This document shows positions 24,349 through 34,051 of a DNA stretch of 64,000 bases, piece by piece. The stretch spans positions 111,159 to 175,158 of the forward strand of contig CP179887.1 in assembly GCA_047456295.1 (NCBI GenBank). The letters run 5' to 3'. The DNA is from Candidatus Nealsonbacteria bacterium (lineage in GTDB: Bacteria > Patescibacteriota > Minisyncoccia > Minisyncoccales > JANBVM01). The position numbers were made by a program, and so were the translations under genes. Under the pieces are notes generated by a model that made no database searches, had not been told where the DNA came from, and was given only the letters and a program-made list of their open reading frames with translations. How positions within the stretch are numbered: the first letter of the stretch is position 1; every line of letters starts with the position of its first letter.

Positions 24349-27009
24349 ATGGCTCAATTTTTTTGGCACAACTTAACAATAAAGGAAACAGTTAAAATCT
24401 TAAGAACTAATATTAAAGATGGCTTGAATCAAAAAGAAGTAATGTTTCTTCAGAAAGAACTCGGTAAAAACAAGCTTCCAGAAGAAAAACCATTTTCAAA
24501 TCTGGGAATATTATTAGAACAGTTCAAAAGCCCTTTAATCTACATCTTAATAATTGCTGGCATCATTGCTTTGGGGTTAAATGAAACAGCTGACGCCATT
24601 GTTATCTTTGGCGCTGTTTTTTTAAATACTGTTGTGGGATACATCCAGGAAAACAAGGTTTCCAAGGCCTTAGAGAAACTGAAAAAAGCAGTAAAGTATG
24701 AAGCCAAGGTTTTGCGGGAAGGAAACCTGAGGATTCTTGATGCAGTGGAATTAGTTCCAGGTGACATCATATTTTTAAGTCCTGGAGGCAAGGTGCCTGC
24801 TGACGGAAGATTAATAGAGTCTCACGATCTTAAGGTAAACGAGATGGCTTTAACAGGCGAGTGGCTTTCAGCAGAAAAGAAACCAGAGGTCTTGGTCAAA
24901 GAAACGCCTTTGGCTGACAGAGACAACATGGTTTATATGGGAACCGTTATTGAAGACGGAAAAGCAAAGGTGGTTGTTGTTGGAACCGGGATTCAAACCG
25001 AAATCGGAAAAATAGCCAAAATGATCAGGGAATCTAAGGAAGAGAAAACCCCTTATCAGAAAAAACTGGCAAATTTTTCAAGAAACATTGGAATAATAAT
25101 TGCTGTCGTATGCTTTGGAATCTTTATTGAAGGAATGGTAACAGGAGGAGAATTTATGGAAATGTTTATTACAGCTGTAGCTGTAGCTGTAGCTGCCATC
25201 CCTGAAGGGTTACCTGTTGCCATGACCGTCATCTTGGCCTTAGGAATGCAGAGAATCTTAAAAAAGGGAGGATTGGTCAGAAAGTTATCCTCAGCTGAAA
25301 CTTTGGGAAGCACTTCCATTATTTGTACTGATAAAACAGGTACCCTGACCATGGGGAAAATGAAAGTGGATAAGGTAATAACGCCAGCTCAAATCTTTGA
25401 AAAAAATGATAATAAAAAGGCAGAATGTCTGGCTCTTAAGACAGCTGCCTTAACATCTGAAGCCTTTATTGAGAATCCAAGCTTGTCAAAAGAAAAATGG
25501 GTCTTGCGGGGAAGGGCTACTGATAAAGCTTTGTTAACAGCTGGAATCGAAAAAGGCGTTATTACTTTCGGCAAACAAAGTCCTAAAAAAATAGTTGAAC
25601 TTCCCTTTAATACAATAAATAAATTCATTGCCTCGGTATTTAAAGAAGACAAAGAAACACGTTTGTATGTTTGCGGAGCCCCGGAAAAGGTTTTAGAGCG
25701 CTCTAAGCTTTTTAAAATAAAAGAGGAGAGATTGGATTTGACACCCAAGAGCCTGGAAAAGATAGAAGATAGATTAAAAAAGATAGCAGGATTAGGTCTC
25801 AGGGTAGTGGCTACAGCTTATAAAAAGATTCCTTTAAAAACAGAACAAGATCTGCTGGAGAATAAAATTCAGAATCTGGAACAAGAAGTTAACAATCTAA
25901 TCTTTACAGGTTTCATTACTTTAAAAGACCCTATCAGGCCAGAAACAAAGAAAGCAATAAGAATCTGTCGTAAAGCAGGAATGAAACCCATTATTGTTAC
26001 AGGTGACCATAAATTAACTGCCAAGGCTGTTGCCAGAGAAATTGGTTTTAAAATAAAGGAAGAAAACGTCCTGGAAGGAAAAGATCTGGACAAGCTCTCT
26101 GATAAAGATTTTGAAAAGGTGTTGGATAAAATCCAGATTTATGCCAGGGTTGAACCAAAACACAAGGTAAGAATTGTCCAGGCCTGGCAGGAAAGAGGAG
26201 AGGTGGTGGCAATGACCGGGGATGGAATAAACGATGCTCCAGCCTTAAAAAAAGCTGATATTGGAGTGGCTTTAGGCTCAGGGACTGAGGTAGCTAAAGA
26301 AACCTCAGACCTTATTTTATTAAACAACAGCTTTTCAATAATAGTTAAAGCAGTCCAGGAAGGCAGGGCAATATTGGATAATATCAGGAAGGTGATTACT
26401 TATCTGCTTTCTGACAGTTTTACTGAAGTAATCCTGGTTGGAATAACCATCTTGTTTGGAGTTCCCCTGCCCATTACTGCTGTCCAGATTCTATGGGTAA
26501 ATCTGATTGAAGACGGGCTGCCAGACATTGCCCTGGCCTTTGAGCCAGAAGAAGCAGATTTGATGGAAATGAAGCCTATGGGTCACAAGATTCCTCTTTT
26601 AACCAGGGAAATGAAAGCAATCATTTTTATTATTGGACTTATTACTGATGTTATGCTTCTGGGACTGTTTTTCTGGCTTTTTAATAGAAATCATGACATT
26701 GTTTACGTGAGAACAATGATTTTTGCCTGTCTGGCCATTGATTCACTCTTTTACGTGTTTTCCTGCAAAAGCCTGAGAAGGAATCTATGGCACATCAATC
26801 CCTTTTCCAATAAAATCCTGGTTGGAGCTTTCATAATAGGGATTATCACCCTTGTTTCAGCTATTTATCTGCCTCTGTTCCAGGTGCTGTTAAAAACCGT
26901 GCCTCTTAGTTTCCAGGACTGGCTTATTATTCTTTCCATGGGCTTTATTGAAATAATTTTAATTGAAGCTACCAAGTGGCATTTCATTGTTAAAAAAGAA
27001 TATGTCTAG
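24349..27009 (+). CDS. P-type cation-transporting ATPase (Ca2+-ATPase-like, P2 type)
   Basis: ICTDKTGTLT, TGEW/TGES-region, TGDHKLTA and MTGDGINDAPALKKADIGVA, with 10 predicted TM helices. Confidence 0.9.
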   Translation: MAQFFWHNLTIKETVKILRTNIKDGLNQKEVMFLQKELGKNKLPEEKPFSNLGILLEQFKSPLIYILIIAGIIALGLNETADAIVIFGAVFLNTVVGYIQENKVSKALEKLKKAVKYEAKVLREGNLRILDAVELVPGDIIFLSPGGKVPADGRLIESHDLKVNEMALTGEWLSAEKKPEVLVKETPLADRDNMVYMGTVIEDGKAKVVVVGTGIQTEIGKIAKMIRESKEEKTPYQKKLANFSRNIGIIIAVVCFGIFIEGMVTGGEFMEMFITAVAVAVAAIPEGLPVAMTVILALGMQRILKKGGLVRKLSSAETLGSTSIICTDKTGTLTMGKMKVDKVITPAQIFEKNDNKKAECLALKTAALTSEAFIENPSLSKEKWVLRGRATDKALLTAGIEKGVITFGKQSPKKIVELPFNTINKFIASVFKEDKETRLYVCGAPEKVLERSKLFKIKEERLDLTPKSLEKIEDRLKKIAGLGLRVVATAYKKIPLKTEQDLLENKIQNLEQEVNNLIFTGFITLKDPIRPETKKAIRICRKAGMKPIIVTGDHKLTAKAVAREIGFKIKEENVLEGKDLDKLSDKDFEKVLDKIQIYARVEPKHKVRIVQAWQERGEVVAMTGDGINDAPALKKADIGVALGSGTEVAKETSDLILLNNSFSIIVKAVQEGRAILDNIRKVITYLLSDSFTEVILVGITILFGVPLPITAVQILWVNLIEDGLPDIALAFEPEEADLMEMKPMGHKIPLLTREMKAIIFIIGLITDVMLLGLFFWLFNRNHDIVYVRTMIFACLAIDSLFYVFSCKSLRRNLWHINPFSNKILVGAFIIGIITLVSAIYLPLFQVLLKTVPLSFQDWLIILSMGFIEIILIEATKWHFIVKKEYV

Positions 27010-28129
27010 ACTGAAAAAGATTATCTATGCCATAGCCACTCTTTCAGGCACCATTGTAGGGGTGGGCCTGTTTTCTTTGCCTTACATGGCTTCCAAAACA
27101 GGGTTTTTCATAATCCTTGGTTATTTCTTGGTCCTGGGAATCATTGTGACCCTGGTTCACTTAATCTTTGGAAAACTGGCCATAATGACTCCTGATTTTA
27201 AGAGACTGCCTGGTTTTGCCAGATTCTATCTGGGAAAGTGGGGAGAAAGGATATCCTTGCTTTCTGCAATCCTGGGAACATTCGGTGCTATCCTGGCTTA
27301 CTTGATTGTAGGAGGCAGTTTTTTGGAGAGTCTGCTTTCACCTGTTATTAATATTGAAGGCAATCTTTTCTATACCCTTGTTTATTTTAGCCTGGGAGCT
27401 GTTTTAATCTTCTTTGGAATTAAGATTATTGCCCAGATAGAGTCCTGGGGACTGATTCTTTTCTTTTTTGTTTTAATAGCTATCTTTATCAGGGCTTATC
27501 CTTTTATTAAAATAGAAAATTTCATTCTTCCCTCAGGTCCATTTAACATTTCAGGTTTTTTCCTGCCTTATGGAGCTGTCCTCTTTTCTCTGTGGGGGGC
27601 AGCATTAATACCAGAAGTGGAAGAAATGCTGGGAAAGGATAAAAAACTGCTTGGAGGAATAATCCCTGTAGCCATTTTAATTCCTGTAATCATTTACATA
27701 TTCTTTATTTATTTAATCTTAGGCATCACAGGACCTGAAACAACAGAATCAGCTTTAACAGGATTGCGTAATTATCTGGGTAATGGAATAGTGGCTCTTA
27801 CCCTTTTGTTGGGTATCTTAGCAACCTTTACCTCTTTCATTACCCTGGGGCTAACCTTAAAACGGGTTTTCTGGTATGATTTAAAAATAGGGAAGAATGT
27901 ATCATGGGCCCTTACCTGTTTTATTCCTTTAATATTGTTTCTGTTAGGTTTCAAAAGCTTTATTACAGTAATAAGCCTGGTGGGAGGGGCTCTGCTGGGG
28001 GTGGATGGAATATTGATTCTGCTGATGTATCAAAAAACCAAAAGTAAAAGAACATTGTTCTTAACCCTGCCCTTGATTTTAATCTTTGTTACAGGCATTA
28101 TTTTTGAAATAACTAATTTTTTGAAATAA
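27002..28129 (+). CDS. amino-acid permease-like transporter
   Basis: About 11 TM helices. N-terminal SGTIVGVGLFSLPY motif. ATG 27002 overlaps the ATPase stop by 8 nt. Confidence 0.55.
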   Translation: MSRLKKIIYAIATLSGTIVGVGLFSLPYMASKTGFFIILGYFLVLGIIVTLVHLIFGKLAIMTPDFKRLPGFARFYLGKWGERISLLSAILGTFGAILAYLIVGGSFLESLLSPVINIEGNLFYTLVYFSLGAVLIFFGIKIIAQIESWGLILFFFVLIAIFIRAYPFIKIENFILPSGPFNISGFFLPYGAVLFSLWGAALIPEVEEMLGKDKKLLGGIIPVAILIPVIIYIFFIYLILGITGPETTESALTGLRNYLGNGIVALTLLLGILATFTSFITLGLTLKRVFWYDLKIGKNVSWALTCFIPLILFLLGFKSFITVISLVGGALLGVDGILILLMYQKTKSKRTLFLTLPLILIFVTGIIFEITNFLK

Positions 28130-28132
28130 CAA

Positions 28133-29089
28133 ATGGCTTGGTTTTATTTTTTTATCTTTATTGTTTCTTGTTTTGCCCTGGTCCGTTCAGGACTGTGGAT
28201 GGTTCAATCTTTAATCAGGATAGCTCAATTTTTAAAATGGAGGGAATTTATCGTAGCCTCTGTTTTAATGGCTTTTTCAACTTCCTTGCCTGAGATATTT
28301 GTGGGCATTACCTCAGCATTGCATCAGACACCAGAGCTGTCTCTGGGCATGATTATTGGCTCCAACATCATTGTCCTCACCCTGGTAACAAGTATTGGAG
28401 CCATGTTTGGAAAAGAACTGAAGTTTAAGGGAAGAACCCTGAAAAGATCAAGTATCTATGCCGGGATTTATGGTTTATTACCCCTTCTTTTAATGTTAGA
28501 CGGCAATATCTCCAGGGCAGATGGGGTAATCTTGTTTTTATCCCTGGGTTTTTACTTTTTTCAACTCCTGTCCCGGGAAGAAAGGTTCACTAAAGTCTTT
28601 TTAAATCGTTTTAAGGGAAACTGGGTTCAATTTAAGTCATTTTTAAAAAGCCTGGCTATGTTTTGGGTAGGAACGGGTTTACTTTTATTGAGTGCTGAGG
28701 GAATTGTTTTTTCCTCTTTAAAACTGGCTGTTTCCTTTAATCTGCCGCTGGTGGTTATAGGCGCTCTTTTGGTCTCTATTGGAACCTCTCTCCCTGAATT
28801 AACCTTTGGAATAAGGTCAATTATCATGGGTCATGAAGACATGATTCTGGGGGACGTAATGGGGTCGGTGGTGATCAATTCAACCTTTGTGCTGGGGTTG
28901 GTAGCCTTAATTTCTCCTTTTGAGATTGTTAATTTCTCGCCATATTTAAGGGGAATCATTGTCACCGTAGCTACCTGTTTTTTGTTTGTGACTTTTGCCA
29001 GAACAGACAGCAAGATTACCAAGAAAGAAGCCTTATTGTTGCTTTCAATATATGTTACTTTTTTCCTGGCAGAGTTTTTCGCAAAATAA
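28133..29089 (+). CDS. Ca2+/Na+ antiporter (CaCA family, YrbG-like)
   Basis: Duplicated alpha-repeats: STSLPEIFVGITSA and GTSLPELTFGIRS. Confidence 0.8.
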   Translation: MAWFYFFIFIVSCFALVRSGLWMVQSLIRIAQFLKWREFIVASVLMAFSTSLPEIFVGITSALHQTPELSLGMIIGSNIIVLTLVTSIGAMFGKELKFKGRTLKRSSIYAGIYGLLPLLLMLDGNISRADGVILFLSLGFYFFQLLSREERFTKVFLNRFKGNWVQFKSFLKSLAMFWVGTGLLLLSAEGIVFSSLKLAVSFNLPLVVIGALLVSIGTSLPELTFGIRSIIMGHEDMILGDVMGSVVINSTFVLGLVALISPFEIVNFSPYLRGIIVTVATCFLFVTFARTDSKITKKEALLLLSIYVTFFLAEFFAK

Positions 29090-29128
29090 ATTATTGACTT
29101 TAAACCTCTAAAAGATTAATATGATTGA

Positions 29129-30127
29129 ATGAATGAAATTTTTTTTACTTTAATAACCATTTTTATTGTTGTTAGCGGCATTGGCATTCTTGTTTATTTC
29201 ATCAGAAAATCAAGGATTGACAGGGTCCAAACTCAGGAAATCAGGGATTTAGAGAGACGTCTGACTGATTTGATGATAAACCAGATGAAAGAGATCAGAA
29301 ACAGCCAGGATGGAGCCTCCAGAGTTCTCCACGAACAGATAAGATCCTTTACCAAAGAAACAACCAGGATTCGGGAAGGTTTAAAACAAATTCAGGAAAA
29401 GGTTCAGGATGTTTCTTCTTTCCAGGACATCTTTAAGTCTCCAAAGCTCAGGGGACAGTGGGGGGAAGCTTCTTTGGAATATATTCTTAGTCAGCATTTT
29501 CCCTCTGAACTCTGGAAAAAACAGTATGTCTTTTCTTCAGGAGAAAAGGTAGATGCTGTGTTAAAACTGCCCAATGGCAAGGTGCTGCCCATTGATTCAA
29601 AGTTTTCTTCTGAGAATTTCGAGAGAATGGTTCAGGCCCTGCTGGAAAAAGAAAAGGGTCTTTATAAGAGGAATTTCATCCGGGATCTGAAGCTGAGGAT
29701 AGATGAGATTTGTTCAAAATATATCTTACCATCTGAAGGAACAGTTGATTTTGCTTTAATGTACATTCCAGCTGAAGCTATTTATTACGAAATAATGTTT
29801 AATTTAAGGAAGGATGACGTGGCTTCTTATGCCTGGAGAAAAAAAGTTGTTTTAACATCGCCAAATACCATTTATTTAACCTTAAGAACCATTGAACACT
29901 GGTTCAAAGACACCCAGATTTCAAAACAAACCCAGGAAATCCTGAAGAAATTAAACAGAATAAACCAGGATGCCGAAAGATTAATGGGGGATTTTAGAAA
30001 ACTGGGCAGCCATTTAAGACATGCTGTTTCTTCTTACGATAGTTCAGAAAAGCGTCTTAATTTGTTTTCAGACAGGGTTGAAAAATTATTAGAGATAAAG
30101 GAAACAAAAAAATTAAAACAAGCTTAA
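29129..30127 (+). CDS. rmuC: DNA recombination protein RmuC
   Basis: N-terminal TM and coiled coil, then RGQWGE..LE.IL and LPIDSKF. Confidence 0.85.
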   Translation: MNEIFFTLITIFIVVSGIGILVYFIRKSRIDRVQTQEIRDLERRLTDLMINQMKEIRNSQDGASRVLHEQIRSFTKETTRIREGLKQIQEKVQDVSSFQDIFKSPKLRGQWGEASLEYILSQHFPSELWKKQYVFSSGEKVDAVLKLPNGKVLPIDSKFSSENFERMVQALLEKEKGLYKRNFIRDLKLRIDEICSKYILPSEGTVDFALMYIPAEAIYYEIMFNLRKDDVASYAWRKKVVLTSPNTIYLTLRTIEHWFKDTQISKQTQEILKKLNRINQDAERLMGDFRKLGSHLRHAVSSYDSSEKRLNLFSDRVEKLLEIKETKKLKQA

Positions 30128-30128
30128 T

Positions 30129-30446
30129 ATGTTAGCTGTAATTAAAACCGGGGGCAAACAATATGTTGTTTCTCCAGGAGACAAAATAAAAATAGAAAAG
30201 ATAGACAAGAAAGAAGGTGAAAAAACAACCTTTAATGAGGTTTTGTTATTGCAAAAAGGCAAAACACTGGAGATTGGAAATCCCTTGGTTAAAAAAGCAA
30301 GGGTTGAGGCAAAGGTTATAAAACAGGGTAAATCCAAAAAAGTGATTGTGTTTAAGTACAAGGCAAGCAAGAGGTATAAGGTAAAAAAGGGCCACAGGCA
30401 GCCTTTTACTGAAGTAGAAATAACCAAGATAGAGACAGGGAAATAG
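30129..30446 (+). CDS. rplU: 50S ribosomal protein L21
   Basis: MLAVIKTGGKQY...KGHRQPFTEV. Confidence 0.95.
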   Translation: MLAVIKTGGKQYVVSPGDKIKIEKIDKKEGEKTTFNEVLLLQKGKTLEIGNPLVKKARVEAKVIKQGKSKKVIVFKYKASKRYKVKKGHRQPFTEVEITKIETGK

Positions 30447-30511
30447 TAAGTAAATACTGTTTTAAAAGTATTTAATTTGAAGGTTCTATGAGAAAATTCG
30501 ATTTGTCGCTC

Positions 30512-30540
30512 TTGACAAATCTTTTTATTTAGGCTATAAT
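30512..30540 (+). promoter_or_regulatory. perfect sigma70-type consensus promoter
   Basis: TTGACA (30512-30517), a 17-nt spacer, then TATAAT (30535-30540). Confidence 0.55.
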
Positions 30541-30629
30541 GTTAATAGTTCATGATTAAGGGAAAGAAAAAATATTCACTTTTGTAAAGAGGAAGTCATA
30601 AATTGGTTTCTTCCTTACAAAGGTGAATT

Positions 30630-30773
30630 ATGCTGAACGAATATAGACCAGAAGAAAGATTGATAATTTGTTCTTTCTGTGAGACCGTAATAGGGCCTCG
30701 CAAGAAAGGGCAGATTGTCCAAGAAAAGGTTTATTGCCCACACTGTGGGCAATACAGAAAACCTCTTCAATAA
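30630..30773 (+). CDS. small zinc-ribbon protein (47 aa)
   Basis: AAAGGTGA SD-like sequence, ATG 30630, TAA 30771-30773. CSFC...CPHC. Below the ORF-track cutoff. Confidence 0.35.
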   Translation: MLNEYRPEERLIICSFCETVIGPRKKGQIVQEKVYCPHCGQYRKPLQ

Positions 30774-30846
30774 TGCTAATTAATTTTTTCTTCCCTTTTT
30801 TTCTTTATATAAAATATAGCTTGTAGGCTGTTTTTTTTTACTTAAT

Positions 30847-31467
30847 TCATTTTCTTCCTTCCAGAGCGCTGGAAAGGGTTTCTTCATCAGCATATTCCAA
30901 TTCTCCTCCTGTAGGCAGACCCCGGGCTAACCTGGTTATTTTTTTATTAAAAGGCTTTAATAGTCTTTCTAAATATAGAACAGTTGATTGTCCTTCGCTG
31001 GTTGGATTTGTGGCAATAATGATTTCTTTTATTTCAGGATGGGTTGTTATTCTCTGTTCTAATTCCTGTTTTCTAATTTTTTTAATATCTTTTTCTCTCA
31101 AGGTTGAAACTGTTCCTCCTAAAATAAAATAAAGGCCCTGGTATTTTTTTATCTTTTCAATGGCTGCTAAATCTATTTCTTTTTCAACAATGCAAAGTAA
31201 ACCCTTATCCCGTCCAGGATTGGAACAAATCTGGCAGAGTTCTCCCTGACCTTCAAAAGCATTAAAACACAATGAACATTTTTTTATATTGTTTTTAAGC
31301 TTAGAAATGGTAAGGGTAAGCTCATCCACATCTTGTTTCTCGGCTTTTAAAAGATGGAAGACAAAACGGGCAGCTGTTTTTGGTCCGACGGTTGGAAACT
31401 TAGAAAATAAACTGATTAATTTTTGGATGGTGGGGGAGTAGTTCATAAGATTATTAATAATCTTCAA
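30847..31467 (-). CDS. recR: recombination protein RecR
   Basis: FPTVGPKTAARF (HhH), a C4 zinc finger (CSLC...CQIC) and a Toprim region. Confidence 0.9.
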   Translation of the reverse strand: MKIINNLMNYSPTIQKLISLFSKFPTVGPKTAARFVFHLLKAEKQDVDELTLTISKLKNNIKKCSLCFNAFEGQGELCQICSNPGRDKGLLCIVEKEIDLAAIEKIKKYQGLYFILGGTVSTLREKDIKKIRKQELEQRITTHPEIKEIIIATNPTSEGQSTVLYLERLLKPFNKKITRLARGLPTGGELEYADEETLSSALEGRK

Positions 31468-32806
31468 GAGATTTCTCTAAATTCCTGAAGGTAACCCTTC
31501 TTTCGTCAAAATAAAGCTCAACCCTTCCCACAGGACCGTTGCGGTGTTTGGCAATAATTAAATCAGCAATGTTTTTTCTTACTGTGTCCTGACGATAACG
31601 GTCTTCCCTGTAAATGAACATCACTACATCTGCATCTTGTTCAATGGTTCCGCTCTGTCTCAAATCAGATAATCTGGGGATATGGGGAGATCTTTGTTCC
31701 ACTGCCCGGGATAATTGGGAAACAACCAGAACAGGAATGTTCAGTTCTTTGGCCAAACCCTTCAGGGCTCTTGAATTTTCTGATACCTGCTGGACTGGGT
31801 TGGCATTTGGATTTAAGGGCTCCATTAACTGGAGATAATCTATTATAATCAATCCCAGTCCTTTATCTGCCTGCAGCCTCCTAGACATGGCTTTCATTTG
31901 CAAGACAGTGGAAGAAAAAGCATCATCAATATAAATGGGAAGCTCAGATAATATTCCCATGGCATGCTGGATTCTGGTAAAATCATTCTCCTTGCCTTTA
32001 TCTGAAAGCCTGCCTGTCCTTAATCTCCATAAATCAACACCAGCCACACTGGCTATGAGTCTGTCAACTACCTGGTCTTTTGACATCTCTAAGGAAAATA
32101 CTCCGATAGGCACCTTTTCACTCATTGCCAGATTGATTGCAAAATTAAGGGCTAGAGCACTCTTTCCCAGAGAAGGACGGGCTGCCAGGATTATGAGGTC
32201 AGATTTTTGAAAACCAGCCAATAGATTGTCCAGCTCAGTAAAGCCTGTTGTCAACCCTCTCAGGCCTGTTTTATGTTTGGACAAATTGTCAATTCTCTCA
32301 AAGGCTTCCTCTAGGGTCTCTTTTACTGGTATAAACTGGGAAAGGCCTTTTTGGGCAATGCTGAAAATTCTTCTTTCAGCCCTGTCCAACAGATTATTAA
32401 CATCTTCTGTTTCATTGTAGCCTAAATGGGCTATTTCCTGAGAAGCTCCTATTAAGTCTCTTAAAACCCTCTTGTGATAAACAATCTTGGCATAATTTGA
32501 TACGTGGTGAGGGGTGGGAACAGAATTGATTAACTCGGTCAAATAGCTGTTTCCCCCTGTTTCTTCCAATAAGTTTTTATCCTTTAATCTGTTGGAAACA
32601 GATAAGAGATCAATGGGTTCGCTTTTTTCAAAAAGCTCCATGCATATCCTGTAAATCTCCTGATGGGTTTTTCGATAAAAGTCTTCGGGGGCTAAATAAC
32701 CAACCACCCTTACAACGGTTGATTTATCAAGCAACAAGCAACCCAACACGCCTTGTTCAGCTTCAATGGAACGGGGAGGCAACTTTTCTGGTAATTTATT
32801 GTTCAT
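31454..32806 (-). CDS. dnaB: replicative DNA helicase DnaB
   Basis: PPRSIEAEQGVLGCLL, ARPSLGKSA (Walker A), IIDYLQL and SQLSR. Confidence 0.95.
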   Translation of the reverse strand: MNNKLPEKLPPRSIEAEQGVLGCLLLDKSTVVRVVGYLAPEDFYRKTHQEIYRICMELFEKSEPIDLLSVSNRLKDKNLLEETGGNSYLTELINSVPTPHHVSNYAKIVYHKRVLRDLIGASQEIAHLGYNETEDVNNLLDRAERRIFSIAQKGLSQFIPVKETLEEAFERIDNLSKHKTGLRGLTTGFTELDNLLAGFQKSDLIILAARPSLGKSALALNFAINLAMSEKVPIGVFSLEMSKDQVVDRLIASVAGVDLWRLRTGRLSDKGKENDFTRIQHAMGILSELPIYIDDAFSSTVLQMKAMSRRLQADKGLGLIIIDYLQLMEPLNPNANPVQQVSENSRALKGLAKELNIPVLVVSQLSRAVEQRSPHIPRLSDLRQSGTIEQDADVVMFIYREDRYRQDTVRKNIADLIIAKHRNGPVGRVELYFDERRVTFRNLEKSLEDY

Positions 32807-32890
32807 ATTCTATCATTAATTTATCACAAGCTGAATGGGTTGGCAAGAAATGGATTTTTTTGTTAAAATTCAAACATACTGCAAAAATCT

Positions 32891-34042
32891 ATGAAGGTTG
32901 GCTTAATTTCTTTTCATTCTTTTTTCCAGCCAGGGGGAGTAAAAAGGCATATCCTGGGATTGTTTAAGGAGTTTAAAAAAAGGGGGATTGAAACCAAAAT
33001 CATTGTTCCCAGGAGAAAAAGGTTGGAGAACTATGGCAGGAATGTAATTTTGTTGGGAACCTCTTTTCCAATAGGCGTTGATGGAAGTCAATCAGATTTC
33101 GATATCCACTTTGATCCTATATCTATTGAAAGAACTCTCAGAAAAGAAAAATTTGATGTTTTACACTTCCATAATTGCGGACTTCCTTCAACGCTACAAA
33201 TATTGCTCAGTCCTTATACCTCAAACACCTTAAATATCTTAACCTTCCACAGCAGGAGCAGGCTTTTAAAAAACTCTCCTACTCTTTTATATATTTTAAA
33301 TAAAACCTGCCAATGGAAAATAGATGGAGTGATAGGAGTAGCTCCTTTGGTTTTAGATTATTTCAAAGATTTCAAGGGTCTGAAAACAGTTATCCCAAAT
33401 GGGGTAGATCTTGATAAGTTCACAGCCAAGGCTCCCAGGGTTAAGAAATTCTGCGATGATAATATAAATATCTTATTTATCGGTAGAATCGAAGAGAGAA
33501 AAGGATTAATCTATTTGATTAAGGCTTTTAAAATCTTACAAGAAAAATTTTCAAACCTAAGATTAATTGTTGTTGGTAAGGGTCCCTTAAAAAAAGGGTG
33601 TGAAGAATATGTCAAAGAAAATAAACTAAAAAATGTTATTTTTGAAGGCGAGGTTACTGAAAAAGTTCCTTCTTATTACAGAACGGCTGATATCTTTGTC
33701 AGTCCGGCTATTTTCGGTGAGAGCTTTGGATTGGTGCTTTTGGAAGCCATGGCTTGTGGAACACCGGTTGTAGCTTTTGCCAATAAGGGTTATACAAGTT
33801 TTTTGAAAGGAAAATCAGGTGAAAGATTCTTGGCAAAGCCAAAAGATTACAAGGGTTTGGCTAAAAAAATTGAAATCTTAATTAAAAATCCGAAATTAAG
33901 GAAAAAAATAGCAGAGCAGGGAATTAAAGAGTCAAAAGAATACTCCTGGAACAAGGTTGTTGATAAGGTTTTAGATTTCTATGAACTTTGCCACAAGAAC
34001 AAATTAAAAAAGAGAAAAATTAAGATTTCTCTTATAGAATAA
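32891..34042 (+). CDS. GT4-family glycosyltransferase
   Basis: C-terminal E..FGLVLLEAMACGTPVV signature. Confidence 0.8.
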   Translation: MKVGLISFHSFFQPGGVKRHILGLFKEFKKRGIETKIIVPRRKRLENYGRNVILLGTSFPIGVDGSQSDFDIHFDPISIERTLRKEKFDVLHFHNCGLPSTLQILLSPYTSNTLNILTFHSRSRLLKNSPTLLYILNKTCQWKIDGVIGVAPLVLDYFKDFKGLKTVIPNGVDLDKFTAKAPRVKKFCDDNINILFIGRIEERKGLIYLIKAFKILQEKFSNLRLIVVGKGPLKKGCEEYVKENKLKNVIFEGEVTEKVPSYYRTADIFVSPAIFGESFGLVLLEAMACGTPVVAFANKGYTSFLKGKSGERFLAKPKDYKGLAKKIEILIKNPKLRKKIAEQGIKESKEYSWNKVVDKVLDFYELCHKNKLKKRKIKISLIE

Positions 34043-34051
34043 AAAATAGAT

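Noticed and set aside
32719-32967. 82-aa + strand ORF spanning the dnaB start and the GT4 gene start.
   Set aside because: It overlaps the 5' end of dnaB in antisense and is out of frame with the well-supported glycosyltransferase that starts at 32891.
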